From: Planctomycetota bacterium
GTDB lineage: Bacteria > Planctomycetota > UBA8108 > SXIK01
Reading direction: 5' to 3'
Length of the DNA stretch: 64,000 bases
Assembly: GCA_965223265.1 (NCBI GenBank)
Contig: OZ244999.1
Location: forward strand, 6,464,001 to 6,528,000
Within the stretch, counting starts at the first letter, position 1, and each line of letters begins with the position of its first letter. Made by a program: the position numbers and the translations under genes. A model generated the notes under the pieces. That model was not told the origin of the DNA and made no database searches. It saw nothing but the letters and a program-made list of their open reading frames with translations. Shown here one piece after another: positions 20,048 through 30,908 of the stretch.

Positions 20048-20713
20048 ATGCGAACGCTCGCATTTTGGCTCGTCGCTTTACCACTTTTCAGCTGCGCGAG
20101 CTACCAGACGCTCGATTTGCCTCGTCGGCCAGCCCACACTTTCGCGAACCGCCAGGTGCAGCACGGTTTCGTTATGGCGGCCGAGCTTCTTCTTGAACCA
20201 GAGGAAAGAGCGCACCAGTTCGGGCCGCAGCTCCAGGATCTCGGCTACTTGCCGGTGCTCGTTTTCCTTGAGAACAACGGCGCGAGCAGCTTCGAAATCT
20301 CACGCCAACACTGCGAACTCCTGCTCGAAAACGGCGACAGGCTCGGACCGACGCCGCCGCTCACAGTCTACCGGCAACTACAGAAATCCTTCGTGCCGGT
20401 TGTCTTTCTCGGCCCCCTCGTCCTGCCGCCAATCGCGCTCTACCGACACCTCGAGACTTACAACCACGACTTGGCGCGTGACGTCTTCACGAAGGCTTTT
20501 CCCGCAAGCCTGCGCTTGCAGCCCGGCGATCCTCCACAAGCCTTCGCCTTCTTCTTTCGTGACCCGGATCATCGATTGCAGAGCGAGTTTCTCAGCTCGG
20601 TCTTGACGGCACGTGTCGAGCAGGAAGGCCGGCGTGAGGCAAAGAGCGACTCGAACGCCGTCGGCCGCACGCTGACGTTCACGATCTCACTCTACACGGA
20701 AGGAATGAGATGA
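20048..20713 (+). CDS. Hypothetical lipoprotein
   Basis: Lipobox-like LFSC after a hydrophobic leader; ATGA overlap with the next gene. Confidence 0.75.
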   Translation: MRTLAFWLVALPLFSCASYQTLDLPRRPAHTFANRQVQHGFVMAAELLLEPEERAHQFGPQLQDLGYLPVLVFLENNGASSFEISRQHCELLLENGDRLGPTPPLTVYRQLQKSFVPVVFLGPLVLPPIALYRHLETYNHDLARDVFTKAFPASLRLQPGDPPQAFAFFFRDPDHRLQSEFLSSVLTARVEQEGRREAKSDSNAVGRTLTFTISLYTEGMR

Positions 20714-22518
20714 ACCTGCGCGCCATATTTTCCCTACCGATCGTCATGCTCGCCGTGATCTGCCTCCGGTGCGCTGCACCGCTAGCAGTCGACAGCACGA
20801 CGCCCTACAAGCTTGGACTCGAGGCGCTGGAACGAAACGACCTCGGCGCTGCGATCACCCAGTTCACGCTCGCCATCGAGAAATCCGAGAACGTCTTCTT
20901 TACAGCGGCGTATCTCAAGCGGGGCGAATGCTATCTACAGCGCACGCTGAGCTCGGCTCCCGACAACGTGCGACACGAAACCATTCAACGCGCCCTTGAC
21001 GATTTCGAACGCGTCCTCGGTCAGTCCGAGTTGAGCGTCGGAGAGCGAGCTAGATCGCTCTACCTTCAAGGCGAAGCGCACCGAAGAGCCGGAGAGATCG
21101 ACCCGGCGATCGACTCTTTCCACCAGGTTCTTCAGCTGCCTGTCGCAGAAGAGACAACGCAGGAGAGACTCCGGACGCACACGGTACTCGGAAGGATACT
21201 ACTTGAAAGCGCGTTGGTGTCTTACGACGCTCATGGACTCTCAGAACAGACCGCGGACACTCTGCGGCGAGCGCAGCGCGAATTCGCCGCCGGACTGAAA
21301 ATCGATCCGAACGAACCATTCTGCAATCGCGGCAAAGGGATTTGCCTTTTCTACCTCCGCCAGCATGGACACGCCGTTGACCTTCTCGAACGGTCGACGC
21401 AATTGAGTGAGCAGCAGGGCCAACGCAACCCCAGGGGGCACTTCTATCTGGGGCGGGCACTTGGCGCCTGGCGTGGCCCCCAGCTCGCCGCGCTGGAGCA
21501 CTACCGGAAAGCACTCGCGCAGGATCGTGATCGCAAGTTCACACGCCTCTACCGCCACTTGATTGACGTTATCGAAGACTACGTTCCGTTCGACACCCAA
21601 GCCGCGCTGTTCGAGAAGATGTTCGAAGAGCTCCTGCTTTACGCGGGCGAGGACACAGAGTATTGGCGTCGCGTCGAAGCTCGCACGAACGAAATGATCG
21701 CTTCAGACATCGAGGGTAAAAAGCTTCTGGGTCGCTATGGACGCGCGCTCGCTCGAGCGCGCCAAGGCAAAATCGAAGCCGCGGTCGACGACTCGATCGC
21801 GCTAGCGGCGGCATCGCCACAACTGTTTTTGACACGGCTGAAATCGGTTTTCTCGCCGCCCACACCGCTACTGCGCGACCACTACGGGCGAGGGCTGACC
21901 CTGTACAGGACCGGACGGCACGAGGAACTCGACCTTCTGTACCGCGAGGAGCTTCCGGAGCTCGTCACCAACGGCGTGGACGTCGCTGAGAAGGGTCGTT
22001 ATTACTACCTGCTGCGCCTGCTTTACGGGCGCAACATCGTTGAACTCTGGCGCCGGAGCGAAACGAGCGGCGAAGAGGTCCTGCTCCCGGAAGACCATGC
22101 TCCCCTCGAGGAGGCAAAGGCAGCGCTCAGATCGTATCTGACCGAGCACGAAAACGATCCACAGGTGCGCCTCGATCTCGGCGACGTTGAAGAGATTCTG
22201 AAGTCCTACGTCCAGGCGTACACGCAGTACGATCTCGTGATCGCGTCGCAGCCGGATCACACCGAGGCCTTTCGCCGAGTCCTACGACTGCACCGCGATG
22301 GCCTCCTTCAGCAACTCGACCACGCGCGCGCCTGGACAACGCTGAAGTCGTACCGCGGCGAAGATCCGGAGATTGTTGGCTACATCGCGCAGGTGAGCGC
22401 CCAGATCGAAACGAAAAGCCGCCATAGCTGCCGCCGCTGTGGCCATCAAGGACAAGCGAACGAGGACATCTGCCAAGCCTGCGGCAGGCGCTTCGTCCAG
22501 CGGACCCCGATGCCGTGA
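20710..22518 (+). CDS. Exported TPR-repeat protein with C-terminal zinc ribbon
   Basis: Signal peptide with Cys, multiple TPRs (AYLKRGECY, HFYLGRAL), CRRC...CQAC at the C-terminus. Confidence 0.8.
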   Translation: MNLRAIFSLPIVMLAVICLRCAAPLAVDSTTPYKLGLEALERNDLGAAITQFTLAIEKSENVFFTAAYLKRGECYLQRTLSSAPDNVRHETIQRALDDFERVLGQSELSVGERARSLYLQGEAHRRAGEIDPAIDSFHQVLQLPVAEETTQERLRTHTVLGRILLESALVSYDAHGLSEQTADTLRRAQREFAAGLKIDPNEPFCNRGKGICLFYLRQHGHAVDLLERSTQLSEQQGQRNPRGHFYLGRALGAWRGPQLAALEHYRKALAQDRDRKFTRLYRHLIDVIEDYVPFDTQAALFEKMFEELLLYAGEDTEYWRRVEARTNEMIASDIEGKKLLGRYGRALARARQGKIEAAVDDSIALAAASPQLFLTRLKSVFSPPTPLLRDHYGRGLTLYRTGRHEELDLLYREELPELVTNGVDVAEKGRYYYLLRLLYGRNIVELWRRSETSGEEVLLPEDHAPLEEAKAALRSYLTEHENDPQVRLDLGDVEEILKSYVQAYTQYDLVIASQPDHTEAFRRVLRLHRDGLLQQLDHARAWTTLKSYRGEDPEIVGYIAQVSAQIETKSRHSCRRCGHQGQANEDICQACGRRFVQRTPMP

Positions 22519-22816
22519 GACGCCCACCTCGAGGCGAACACTGCGTCTGGGCGAAAAAAAAGTTCGACCCGGAAGGGGGGAGAATCCCGTGTGGGAAACA
22601 GCTCCGGGACGAACCTTGTCCAGACCGTTGAAGTCGCGCCTCGTCGGAGCATCACGACGTCAGCGATCCGGTGCACCGAGCTCATCGAGAATCGGTACTT
22701 TTTGTAATCTTTCTCGTCGTTTGTGCCGTTCTTATTCTATAGTCAGTGGAAGTGTTGTCTACCTCTACTCGTTGGGCTGACGAGTAGTTGCGCACGATTC
22801 GTTAGGACTTAGAAAG

Positions 22817-23581
22817 ATGTCAGACTTCCGTTCGGTGCTCGTCGTTACCGCTGCGTTACTTTCCAGCTGTTCGCCGGCCTCTCAAACCCCCGCCGCGAAA
22901 CCTCCTGGGGGCGACCAGACAGGTCAACCGGCGACTGATTCCAGCCCGAGCGATGGCTCGGCTCTCGCAAAACTTGAGGCAGACGTCCTTGGCACTGAGG
23001 CGACCAAGACGATGACCGAGTCGGCGGCACCGCCGACGAGTCCGCCGGCGCCTGAAACGCCGCCCCCCCCTGCGGGCGAGGCGAATCGTGATGCCTCTGA
23101 TGCCTCGAACGCCGCAGCTGCGTCCACGATCAACGACGCCACAGGAACCGACGCACCACCTCCTGCGCTCAGCGAAGCGGAGGCGGAGAAACTGATCGCA
23201 TCGATCGGCGAGCAAGTCGGCGCTGCGATTCGCTCGACCGATCGCGAAGAATTCGACGCACTGTTGATCAAGCCCGACGAGCTCTCCGAGTCGATCGTCT
23301 CCGGCTACCGTTCGATTCTCGGCAATACGGTGATCGAGCAGAATCGAGTCGTCGCCGACCGGCTCTTTGAGGTTCTGAACGGCCGGACGGTGGAAGCTGT
23401 CAAGTGGCGGCCAGGATCGCTCTCGGTGACGCGACCAGGAGCAGCCTTCGTGCCAGGACGACGTCATATCTCGGAGTCACGCGCACTCGTGACGGTCGAT
23501 TCCGTGCACGTCGTCGTAAAAATCGACACTCTGCTTGAGGTCGGCGGCGCCTGGAAAATCTTTCGCGTCTCACTACCGTAG
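22817..23581 (+). CDS. Hypothetical lipoprotein with Pro/Ala-rich linker
   Basis: LLSSC lipobox, low-complexity linker, C-terminal alpha/beta domain ending GGAWKIF. Confidence 0.75.
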   Translation: MSDFRSVLVVTAALLSSCSPASQTPAAKPPGGDQTGQPATDSSPSDGSALAKLEADVLGTEATKTMTESAAPPTSPPAPETPPPPAGEANRDASDASNAAAASTINDATGTDAPPPALSEAEAEKLIASIGEQVGAAIRSTDREEFDALLIKPDELSESIVSGYRSILGNTVIEQNRVVADRLFEVLNGRTVEAVKWRPGSLSVTRPGAAFVPGRRHISESRALVTVDSVHVVVKIDTLLEVGGAWKIFRVSLP

Positions 23582-23714
23582 AGTCGTCGTGGAGTTTCTG
23601 TGGGATTTCATGATGGGGGCCTCGACGCCCGACCATGGAACAGCCACCTAACCCGCGTCCCAAAAGACACTTAGCGCCATCTCGATAGAGCCTCAGCTAG
23701 CCGCAACTGTGCCC

Positions 23715-23743
23715 TTGACAGGCAACGCGCAGGTGAGTATATT
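23715..23743 (+). promoter_or_regulatory. Near-consensus sigma-70 promoter
   Basis: TTGACA-N17-TATATT. Confidence 0.7.
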
Positions 23744-23749
23744 AGGCTC

Positions 23750-23925
23750 CACTGTCGGCGCACTCGCACTGCGAGTCGGTGACGCCAAAGCGGGCAACCG
23801 TCCGAGATCGTCGCGATTCTCGGTGTCCGAGGCGGCCCGTCCGGCATCTGACAACACTCGAAAAAAGCTTTTCTCTTCACTTCTTTTCTAAGGGCGTCTT
23901 AACTCCTCTGAGACGTCCTTTTTTT
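23750..23925 (+). ncRNA. Candidate orphan structured small RNA (about 175 nt)
   Basis: Lies between a consensus promoter and an intrinsic terminator, contains no ATG, and has nested hairpins with G-U pairs on the + strand. Confidence 0.55.
23890..23925 (+). terminator. Intrinsic terminator
   Basis: AAGGGCGTCT...AGACGTCCTT stem running into a T tract. Confidence 0.75.
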
Positions 23926-24009
23926 ATTTCGAGTGCCTTGTCTTGTTGTGGTTCGCACGCCGAGGCTGCGTCTACAGGGGAGAAGGTGGAGCCGCCGATC
24001 GTGGCATGC

Positions 24010-27000
24010 TCACCGCGCCGTCGCGGAAGTGTTGTGCACGCGTGAGTGCGCCACCCGACTGCACCAGCCGAACTGCTCCTGTAGTGCTGGGCTCAGCTGT
24101 CCCTTGATCGTCGCCGTGATTGCCGCCGCGCGCTCCTGGTAGCGGCGTGAGGCGTCGTCCTTGCCGCGATCGGCATAGACCACGGCAAGTGTGGAGAGGA
24201 CCTCCCACTGCAGCCGAGGGCGACATCTCGATTCGGCTCCATGGAGCGCCTGCTCGAGCGCATCGATCGCACGCACGAAGTTGCGGTGAGGATTCCGGCC
24301 GCTCGCCTCAATGCTGCCAAGCAAGTGGAGAAGGTCTCCGAGCAGCGGACGAAGCTGGCACACACGTGCGATGTCGATCCCCTGACGGGCCGACGTGATC
24401 GCCGCTGCAAACTCGCCAGCGTGAAACTGAAGCCAGCCACGCTCGAGAAGTAATCCGCAGCGTTCAACCGGCTGCCCCAAGAGGCTGCAACAGCGCTCGG
24501 CCAACCCGAGCTCCTGCTGTGCAGAGTCGCATTCACCACCGCTCTCCGCCATCCGCACTATGACGCGCCGCGCCGCGAGCTCAAGCTCACGGTTGCTGGC
24601 GCCGGCGTTGAGGGCCAGCGCGGAACGCGCGACAGACAGCGCCGCAGCCGCTGCCCCGATACCGCCAAAGTACTCCGCGAGGGCGAGGAGAGCGAGGGCC
24701 AGCGCCGAAGCTTCACCGCTCTCCAGGGCGATACGAAACCCTCGGAGTGCGTAGGTGTGAGCCGAAGCGAAGTCGGCGTGTTCGACGAGCACGCCGGTTG
24801 CCTCGCGATAGGCCTGCAGGACGATCATCCTCTCGGGAACGCGGCCGATACCGGACAGCCCTTGCTCAATTCTATTGAGCGAACTGTCATAGTCGCCGGT
24901 CAAGGCATCAATGCGTCCCATACGCATCAAGCTCCGTGCTCGCAGGCGGCCCCCCTCAACAGAGCCGACATCACGCGTAGCAGATCTGCACACTTGCCAG
25001 TAGACATCACGCGCTTCGCTGAGCTCGCCAGAATCGTCCAACAGCTTGGCGTAGGCAAAACGCTCGCTCAGCTTAATGCGGCCACGAGAAATCTTCTTTC
25101 GCAGCGAGGTGATCTCCCGTTGCCGAACGGCGGCGTCGTGAGGTTGTTCTGACGCCTCAACCCTGACGCTCCGCCGGCACCAATGCTCAACAAGCTCACG
25201 AGCGGTGGCTCCGACGGCACTGAACTGACCGGCCTGCAACTCGCACACGACCACTAAGCTGCGCACCTCGTCGAGCGCCTCGTCGTCTCCCAGGTCGCGC
25301 AAGGTGTCCGCCGAGTGACGAAAATAGGAGAGGGCCTGAAGCAGCTGCCCACGCTCACGCCAGAAACAGCCAAAGGCGTGATGCGCCTGCGCCAATACGT
25401 GGCGCGAGCCACTTTCGATCGCCGCATTCTGCATCTCGCGCAAGAAGCTCTCGGCGTTGTCCCAGTCGCCGCTCGCTTTGTGAAACTGAGCGGACTGGAG
25501 CAAGGCTTTCACATAACCCAAAAAATTCGCATGGCGGCGGCGCTGCTCCAGAAAAGTTTTCTCGCCGCCCGACGCCCCGTCCTCTACTAACCACTCGACC
25601 TCTACCGCCTGACCGAGTGTGTAGGCGGCACCGAACGCATCGTGTTCTGCAAGTTCCTCGTTCGACAGGAGCGGGCGTAGCTCGTCAAAGATCGTGCGAC
25701 ACTTGATATCATCTCCCGCCTCGTGGAACGCTTTCGCTTTTGCGGTCAAGATCCTCAGCCTCTCGGCCTCGTGTTCTATCTCGACACTTTCGAGACACTG
25801 GAGTCCCGCGTCGTACTCGCGCTGGCAGACTTCCCCGTCGCTGAGCGACGCGCGCAGATCACCGATCCAGAGGTGCAGTCGTGCCTTCTCCAGTCCGCGC
25901 GGCACCAACCTGCGAAGCTCCTCGTACTGATCAATAGCTTCTCGATGTCGCCCGCTGGCGTGCAAGGCACGGGCGTATCGAAGTCGCCAGACGTCACCAG
26001 CGGCGCTATCGTGGCTCGTCGAGGTGACCATGGAATCCAGCAGTTCAATGGTCTCGTCAAGACACCCCAGTGTCTGGAGGTACGAAATCGCGAGAGAAGC
26101 AGTACCCTCGACATCAACCGGCAAGCGTGTTCGCAGGAGATGGCGTAGGGCATATGGCCACAGGCGTGGATCGTCTGCGGCTTCGAGGGCGAGAGCCGCG
26201 GCCGCTCCGGCGTCAATCAACTCCCGGTCGTTGGAGGGAATCGACTCGGCGATCGTCGAGGCAATATCCGACGCCACGATGCCGAACTCGGTGTAGGTGA
26301 CGGTCCCCGCAGCTCTCTGCTCGATCGCCCAACCGAGCTCACACAACCTCTCGAGGACTGATTTCGAGTCAAAGCTCTCGAGCTGCAGCTCGAGAGCGAG
26401 TTCGGCCGCTTCTTCGTCGCCAAATCCCGTGGCCTCGAAGAGAAGATTCGCGGATACAGGACGTGCCAAGACGGCGAGCACCTCGATCAATTTGCGGACC
26501 GTGGGAGGCGTGCGCTCGAGGCGCTCACGGACAAGGTCGCCCAGCTCGACGGCCGCATCGCCGCGGTCACCCGAATCCTCACGCTCCGACCAACCGCGCA
26601 GGAACCACTGGATGGTTCGGACATGCCCTCCACATGACCGCATCACACTTTCACGCGTCCCTACCGGTAGATCCTGCTCCAAAACATGCCGCGCGAGACC
26701 ATCGAGGTCACTACGCGAGTAGCCGCGCGCCACGACTTCAAAGGAAGTCAGAGAGTCGAAGTTCCTCCAGAATGCGTCGTCGAACCCCTCGACACTACAG
26801 CCGTCGGGCATGCCGATCACCAGTAACATTCGAGGCATGCGGCGACGCTGACGGCGAAGAGCCAACATGCGGAGGAGGTGGTCAAACACCCGCCGTGAGA
26901 ACACGTCCATGTTCTCGAAATCTTGAACGATCACAACCATGGCCGTCGAAGCAGATGCCTCGAATAGCGCCCTGGCAACCGCGTCGACAAGCCGCAAGTT

Positions 27001-27480
27001 GTCGAGCTCAAAGCCGAGAGAAGGGAGGGGGACCGATTCAGAACTTAGGTCGACGGTAACTCGGCTCAACTCACTGGCCACGGACGTGGACAATCCGGCG
27101 TCCGGACCATCGCCGTCGTCTGACTGCTCCGATGCTTGACCTTTTCTGATCGTTTCGAGATCAACGAGCTGCCGCATGAGGTCGCCGACAACACCCGGTG
27201 ACGGCGAGTCACAGACACTTCGCGCACAAAGAGCCTGAAGTCCAATGTGATGACAGAAGTCTCGAAACGCCTCGAACGTCTCGGCCTGTCCGCAGCCGTC
27301 ATCGCCTCGTAGAATCCCGACACAGCGTGATGGGCCGGGGCCGCCTGTAAGCTGCGACAGCCATGCGTGCATGCCCTCCAGCAGCAGTCGAAACTCTCGC
27401 CGCGGTACACGTGGGTCCGTCGTGCGGTGGGATGCGGTGTCGACTGACTGCTGTCGACTGGATGGTGATGCGCCTTGCAT
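24010..27480 (-). CDS. Large STAND/MalT-like ATPase-TPR protein with degenerate Walker motifs
   Basis: GDDGCGQA at the Walker A position, MVVIVQDFENMD at the Walker B position, CGGHV at the GGNP position, then a long TPR-like region; start placed at ATG 27480 after GGAAGGA. Confidence 0.7.
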   Translation of the reverse strand: MQGASPSSRQQSVDTASHRTTDPRVPRREFRLLLEGMHAWLSQLTGGPGPSRCVGILRGDDGCGQAETFEAFRDFCHHIGLQALCARSVCDSPSPGVVGDLMRQLVDLETIRKGQASEQSDDGDGPDAGLSTSVASELSRVTVDLSSESVPLPSLGFELDNLRLVDAVARALFEASASTAMVVIVQDFENMDVFSRRVFDHLLRMLALRRQRRRMPRMLLVIGMPDGCSVEGFDDAFWRNFDSLTSFEVVARGYSRSDLDGLARHVLEQDLPVGTRESVMRSCGGHVRTIQWFLRGWSEREDSGDRGDAAVELGDLVRERLERTPPTVRKLIEVLAVLARPVSANLLFEATGFGDEEAAELALELQLESFDSKSVLERLCELGWAIEQRAAGTVTYTEFGIVASDIASTIAESIPSNDRELIDAGAAAALALEAADDPRLWPYALRHLLRTRLPVDVEGTASLAISYLQTLGCLDETIELLDSMVTSTSHDSAAGDVWRLRYARALHASGRHREAIDQYEELRRLVPRGLEKARLHLWIGDLRASLSDGEVCQREYDAGLQCLESVEIEHEAERLRILTAKAKAFHEAGDDIKCRTIFDELRPLLSNEELAEHDAFGAAYTLGQAVEVEWLVEDGASGGEKTFLEQRRRHANFLGYVKALLQSAQFHKASGDWDNAESFLREMQNAAIESGSRHVLAQAHHAFGCFWRERGQLLQALSYFRHSADTLRDLGDDEALDEVRSLVVVCELQAGQFSAVGATARELVEHWCRRSVRVEASEQPHDAAVRQREITSLRKKISRGRIKLSERFAYAKLLDDSGELSEARDVYWQVCRSATRDVGSVEGGRLRARSLMRMGRIDALTGDYDSSLNRIEQGLSGIGRVPERMIVLQAYREATGVLVEHADFASAHTYALRGFRIALESGEASALALALLALAEYFGGIGAAAAALSVARSALALNAGASNRELELAARRVIVRMAESGGECDSAQQELGLAERCCSLLGQPVERCGLLLERGWLQFHAGEFAAAITSARQGIDIARVCQLRPLLGDLLHLLGSIEASGRNPHRNFVRAIDALEQALHGAESRCRPRLQWEVLSTLAVVYADRGKDDASRRYQERAAAITATIKGQLSPALQEQFGWCSRVAHSRVHNTSATAR

Positions 27481-27859
27481 GGTTCCTTCCTGAGCCAGCC
27501 CCTCTGCTAACACTTCGTCCAGACACGAAGTGAGCTCGCAAGAGTTTCCTAGGCTTCCCGTCGGGCGCGGCGATCCGACCAAGAAAGATACAACGCGGCG
27601 AAAACAGCTGCCATCCACCCCAGAGTCAGCGCACGAGCGCTATCGGCCATCAAAGCAATACTATCGGCCGTACGAACGTCCTGTAACGCGTAGTTGTGTC
27701 GTCGCGTTTGCAAAGTTCTGCTGGCGGTATAGATTTCTTCGTCCGTGTTGCCGTCCATGCGTTGGGTAATAACTCGACGACAATCGGTCGATACACGGAG
27801 AAGGCTCTTCGCACTTCGCTGGAGAAGCCCCGCCCCCCCGCTAAGAGGACCCGCATAGG

Positions 27860-30325
27860 ATGGCTGTAAAGTTCACCGAGAAAGCCGAGAAAATCCTCCT
27901 CGCTGCCGGCAACGAAGCGAAGGAACGCAGACACGAGTACATAGGAACCGAGCACATCCTTCATGCGTTACTCGGCCACACTGACAGCATCGCGATGCAA
28001 GCCATAGGGCGCTGTGAAGTGAGCTCCGTCGAGCTTCGCACATCGGTGCTGCATCGGCTCGAACGCATCCAGAGCCAGGAAGACGATTCGAACGCGAACA
28101 TAGCGTTTACGCCACACGCGAAGCGCTGCCTGGAGCTCGCAGGCGACGAAGCCGTTCGCTGGGGTCACTTCTACATTACGACTGAGCATCTCCTCATGGG
28201 CTTGCTCCGTGAAGAGGAAGGAAGTGCCGCTCGACTGCTTTCGGACCTCGGCATTTCCGTGACCCAAATCGAAGAGCAGGTCCTCGCCATTCTGGGCGAG
28301 CCGAAGGACAGTCCCAAAGAGGACAAGTATCAGTTCCTGCAGTCGCAGAATCCGAAGTTGGCCGTGCTCGAGTCTTTCAGCATCGATCTCACCGAGCAGG
28401 CCACACTCAACAAGTTGGACCCCGTCATCGGTCGGGACAAGGAAATTCAGCGCATCATTCAGATTCTCAGCCGGAAGACAAAGAACAACCCAGTCGCGAT
28501 CGGCGAGCCCGGCGTCGGCAAGACGGCGATCATCGAGGGCCTCGCGCAGCGTATCGCCGACAAGGAAGTACCAGAAGTCTTGGTGCAAAAAAGAGTCGTT
28601 AGCCTCGACCTAGCAGCCGTCCTCGCTGGTACGAAGTATCGCGGCGAGTTCGAGAAGCGGCTGAAAACCATCATCAAAGAGGTCGTCGAAGCGAAAAACA
28701 TCGTCCTCTTCATCGATGAGCTACATACGATCATGGGAGCAGGTGCCTCTGAAAGTTCTCTGGATGCTTCGAACATCTTGAAGCCGCCGCTTTCTCGAGG
28801 TGACATCCAGTGCATCGGCGCAACCACTCTGGACGAGTATCGAAAGCACATCGAAAAAGACGGCGCGATGGAGCGACGCTTTCAAACGGTGCTTGTGGAA
28901 CCGCCAACGAAAGAGGAGACCGTTGAAATCCTGTCGGGCCTCCGGGACAGTTTCGAAGCGCACCACAGAGTTCGCATCAGTGACGATGCTGTCGTCGCGT
29001 CCGTCGAGCTATCCACCCGCTACATCTCAGACCGTTTCCTTCCGGACAAGGCGATCGACGTGCTCGACGAAGCATGCTCCCGCGAACGACTCGAACGCAC
29101 GACGAAACCGCCAGACATCGCGAGCTTAGAAGACAGACTCGTGCTTCTCGAGAGGGAGAAGGACCAGGCTGTCCACAGCCAAGACTTCGAACTGGCTGCA
29201 CAAATCAGAGACAAGGTTGAGAAACTCAAAGAGGAGCGGGACCAGATCCTCAATCAATGGAAGAACTCTTCCAAAGAAATCGATGGAAAGATTGATCGCT
29301 ACTCCGTCGCAGAAACGGTTGCTGTGATGACAGGGATACCTGCAGCAAACCTCCGCGAGGAAGAGAGCACCCGTCTGGCCAAGATGGAACAGAATCTTCG
29401 TTCTGTGGTCGTCAGCCAAGATAACGCCATTAAAACCGCCTGCCGTGCCATCCGCCGCTCGCGCGCAGGACTTCGAGATCCCAACCGGCCGTTGGGGTCG
29501 TTCCTATTCGTCGGCCCAACAGGCGTAGGCAAAACGTTGTTGGCCAAAGCGATGGCGAAATTCTTATTCGGCAGTGAAGAGGCACTCATCAGCCTCGACA
29601 TGTCCGAGTACATGGAAAAACATAGCGTTTCACGCCTCGTCGGATCGCCGCCTGGCTACGTTGGCTACGAAGAGGGCGGGCAGCTCACAGAGAAAATCCG
29701 GCGCAAACCGTACTCTGTGGTGCTGCTCGACGAGATTGAAAAGGCGCATCCCGACCTCTCCAACATGCTACTGCAGGTTCTGGAGGAAGGACGCCTGACC
29801 GACAGCTACGGACGTGTGATCGACTTCAAGAATACCTTGCTAATCATGACGTCGAACCTTGGTGTCGAGAAAGCTTTGTCGCAATCGACGTTAGGTTTCC
29901 GACACGACGGAGACTCCGAAAACGACGTTCAAAGGCGTCTCATCACAACAGAACTCGAAGAGCATTTCCGACCTGAATTCCTCAACCGACTCGACGCTGT
30001 GGTTTCCTTCGACTATCTCGATCACTCTGCTATGGAAAAGATCTTCGAGCTCGAGGTTGACAAGGTTCGTGTGCGCCTGAAGGAACATGGTCTCAACCTC
30101 GTCGTCAGTGAGGAAGTCCGAGACCGCTTCATCGAGCTTGGGCACAGCGACCGGACCGGCGCGCGAGGCATCCGCAGGGTTCTCGAAGAGCATCTCGAAG
30201 ATCTCCTCTCTGAGCTGATCATTATGAATCAGATTCAAGATGGACAAACGGCGATTGCCGAGATCGTGAACAACCAGATTGAGATGCGCGTCGTTACCGA
30301 GGAGACTCCCCAGCTGTCAGATTGA
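27860..30325 (+). CDS. clpC: ATP-dependent Clp protease ATP-binding subunit ClpC
   Basis: Two Clp_N repeats, [11 protein letters not shown] coiled coil ([11 protein letters not shown]), [11 protein letters not shown] ClpP-docking loop. Confidence 0.92.
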   Translation: MAVKFTEKAEKILLAAGNEAKERRHEYIGTEHILHALLGHTDSIAMQAIGRCEVSSVELRTSVLHRLERIQSQEDDSNANIAFTPHAKRCLELAGDEAVRWGHFYITTEHLLMGLLREEEGSAARLLSDLGISVTQIEEQVLAILGEPKDSPKEDKYQFLQSQNPKLAVLESFSIDLTEQATLNKLDPVIGRDKEIQRIIQILSRKTKNNPVAIGEPGVGKTAIIEGLAQRIADKEVPEVLVQKRVVSLDLAAVLAGTKYRGEFEKRLKTIIKEVVEAKNIVLFIDELHTIMGAGASESSLDASNILKPPLSRGDIQCIGATTLDEYRKHIEKDGAMERRFQTVLVEPPTKEETVEILSGLRDSFEAHHRVRISDDAVVASVELSTRYISDRFLPDKAIDVLDEACSRERLERTTKPPDIASLEDRLVLLEREKDQAVHSQDFELAAQIRDKVEKLKEERDQILNQWKNSSKEIDGKIDRYSVAETVAVMTGIPAANLREEESTRLAKMEQNLRSVVVSQDNAIKTACRAIRRSRAGLRDPNRPLGSFLFVGPTGVGKTLLAKAMAKFLFGSEEALISLDMSEYMEKHSVSRLVGSPPGYVGYEEGGQLTEKIRRKPYSVVLLDEIEKAHPDLSNMLLQVLEEGRLTDSYGRVIDFKNTLLIMTSNLGVEKALSQSTLGFRHDGDSENDVQRRLITTELEEHFRPEFLNRLDAVVSFDYLDHSAMEKIFELEVDKVRVRLKEHGLNLVVSEEVRDRFIELGHSDRTGARGIRRVLEEHLEDLLSELIIMNQIQDGQTAIAEIVNNQIEMRVVTEETPQLSD

Positions 30326-30435
30326 CCGGGCAGCTCGCTCTCCGCGACGCCGCCTCGCACTGACGAATCGCTAGCCATTCGATTTCTGCGCCCCAGCGTT
30401 GCTTGCGTTGTCCAGGGCGCTATCATCGAGGCACC

Positions 30436-30744
30436 ATGGATTACTGTCCTCATTGCGGCGAAGAGATCTCACCGGACGCGGAGTGCTGCCCGCATTGTGG
30501 CAGCGATGCGGAAACCGGCTGGAACCCGGAGAGCGAATACTACAGCGTCGATCTGCCGGAGGAGGAGGACTACACGCCGCGGAACGCGCAGCGCAGCAGT
30601 GGGATCATCCCAGTAGTCGTCGCGGCAGTGCTCGCCTTGGTAGCACTAGCGAGACTGCCGAAAGGCGAAGGAATCGCAGTCGCGATCGTCCTCTGCATCT
30701 GCCTCGTGGTCTTTCTCCGCACCGTCAATAAGAGCGCGACTTAG
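30436..30744 (+). CDS. Small zinc-ribbon membrane protein
   Basis: MDYCPHCG...CCPHCGSD, acidic linker, two TM helices; GAGG RBS. Confidence 0.8.
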   Translation: MDYCPHCGEEISPDAECCPHCGSDAETGWNPESEYYSVDLPEEEDYTPRNAQRSSGIIPVVVAAVLALVALARLPKGEGIAVAIVLCICLVVFLRTVNKSAT

Positions 30745-30908
30745 CTAGCTCGCTGGAAAGGTCATTCGGCCGAGAAACCGCGCTCTTCACGCCCAGCTCA
30801 CCCGCGGCGAGCCTCGATCATCCCGAAGATGACCGACGTTCGCAGCGGAAGCAAGTTCCGACGGCGTTAGACCGACTCGTTTCGAGGAGTCTGCTTGCGA
30901 CTTCTCGT

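Noticed and set aside
23750-23860. tRNA-Sec or another tRNA as the identity of the orphan RNA
   Set aside because: No TCA anticodon loop, no T-loop GTTCRA and no cloverleaf or CCA end
29150-30325. clpC 3' half looks less GC-rich, suggesting foreign origin
   Set aside because: Not quantified; the frame is intact, the K/E-rich composition can explain it, and there are no mobility signatures
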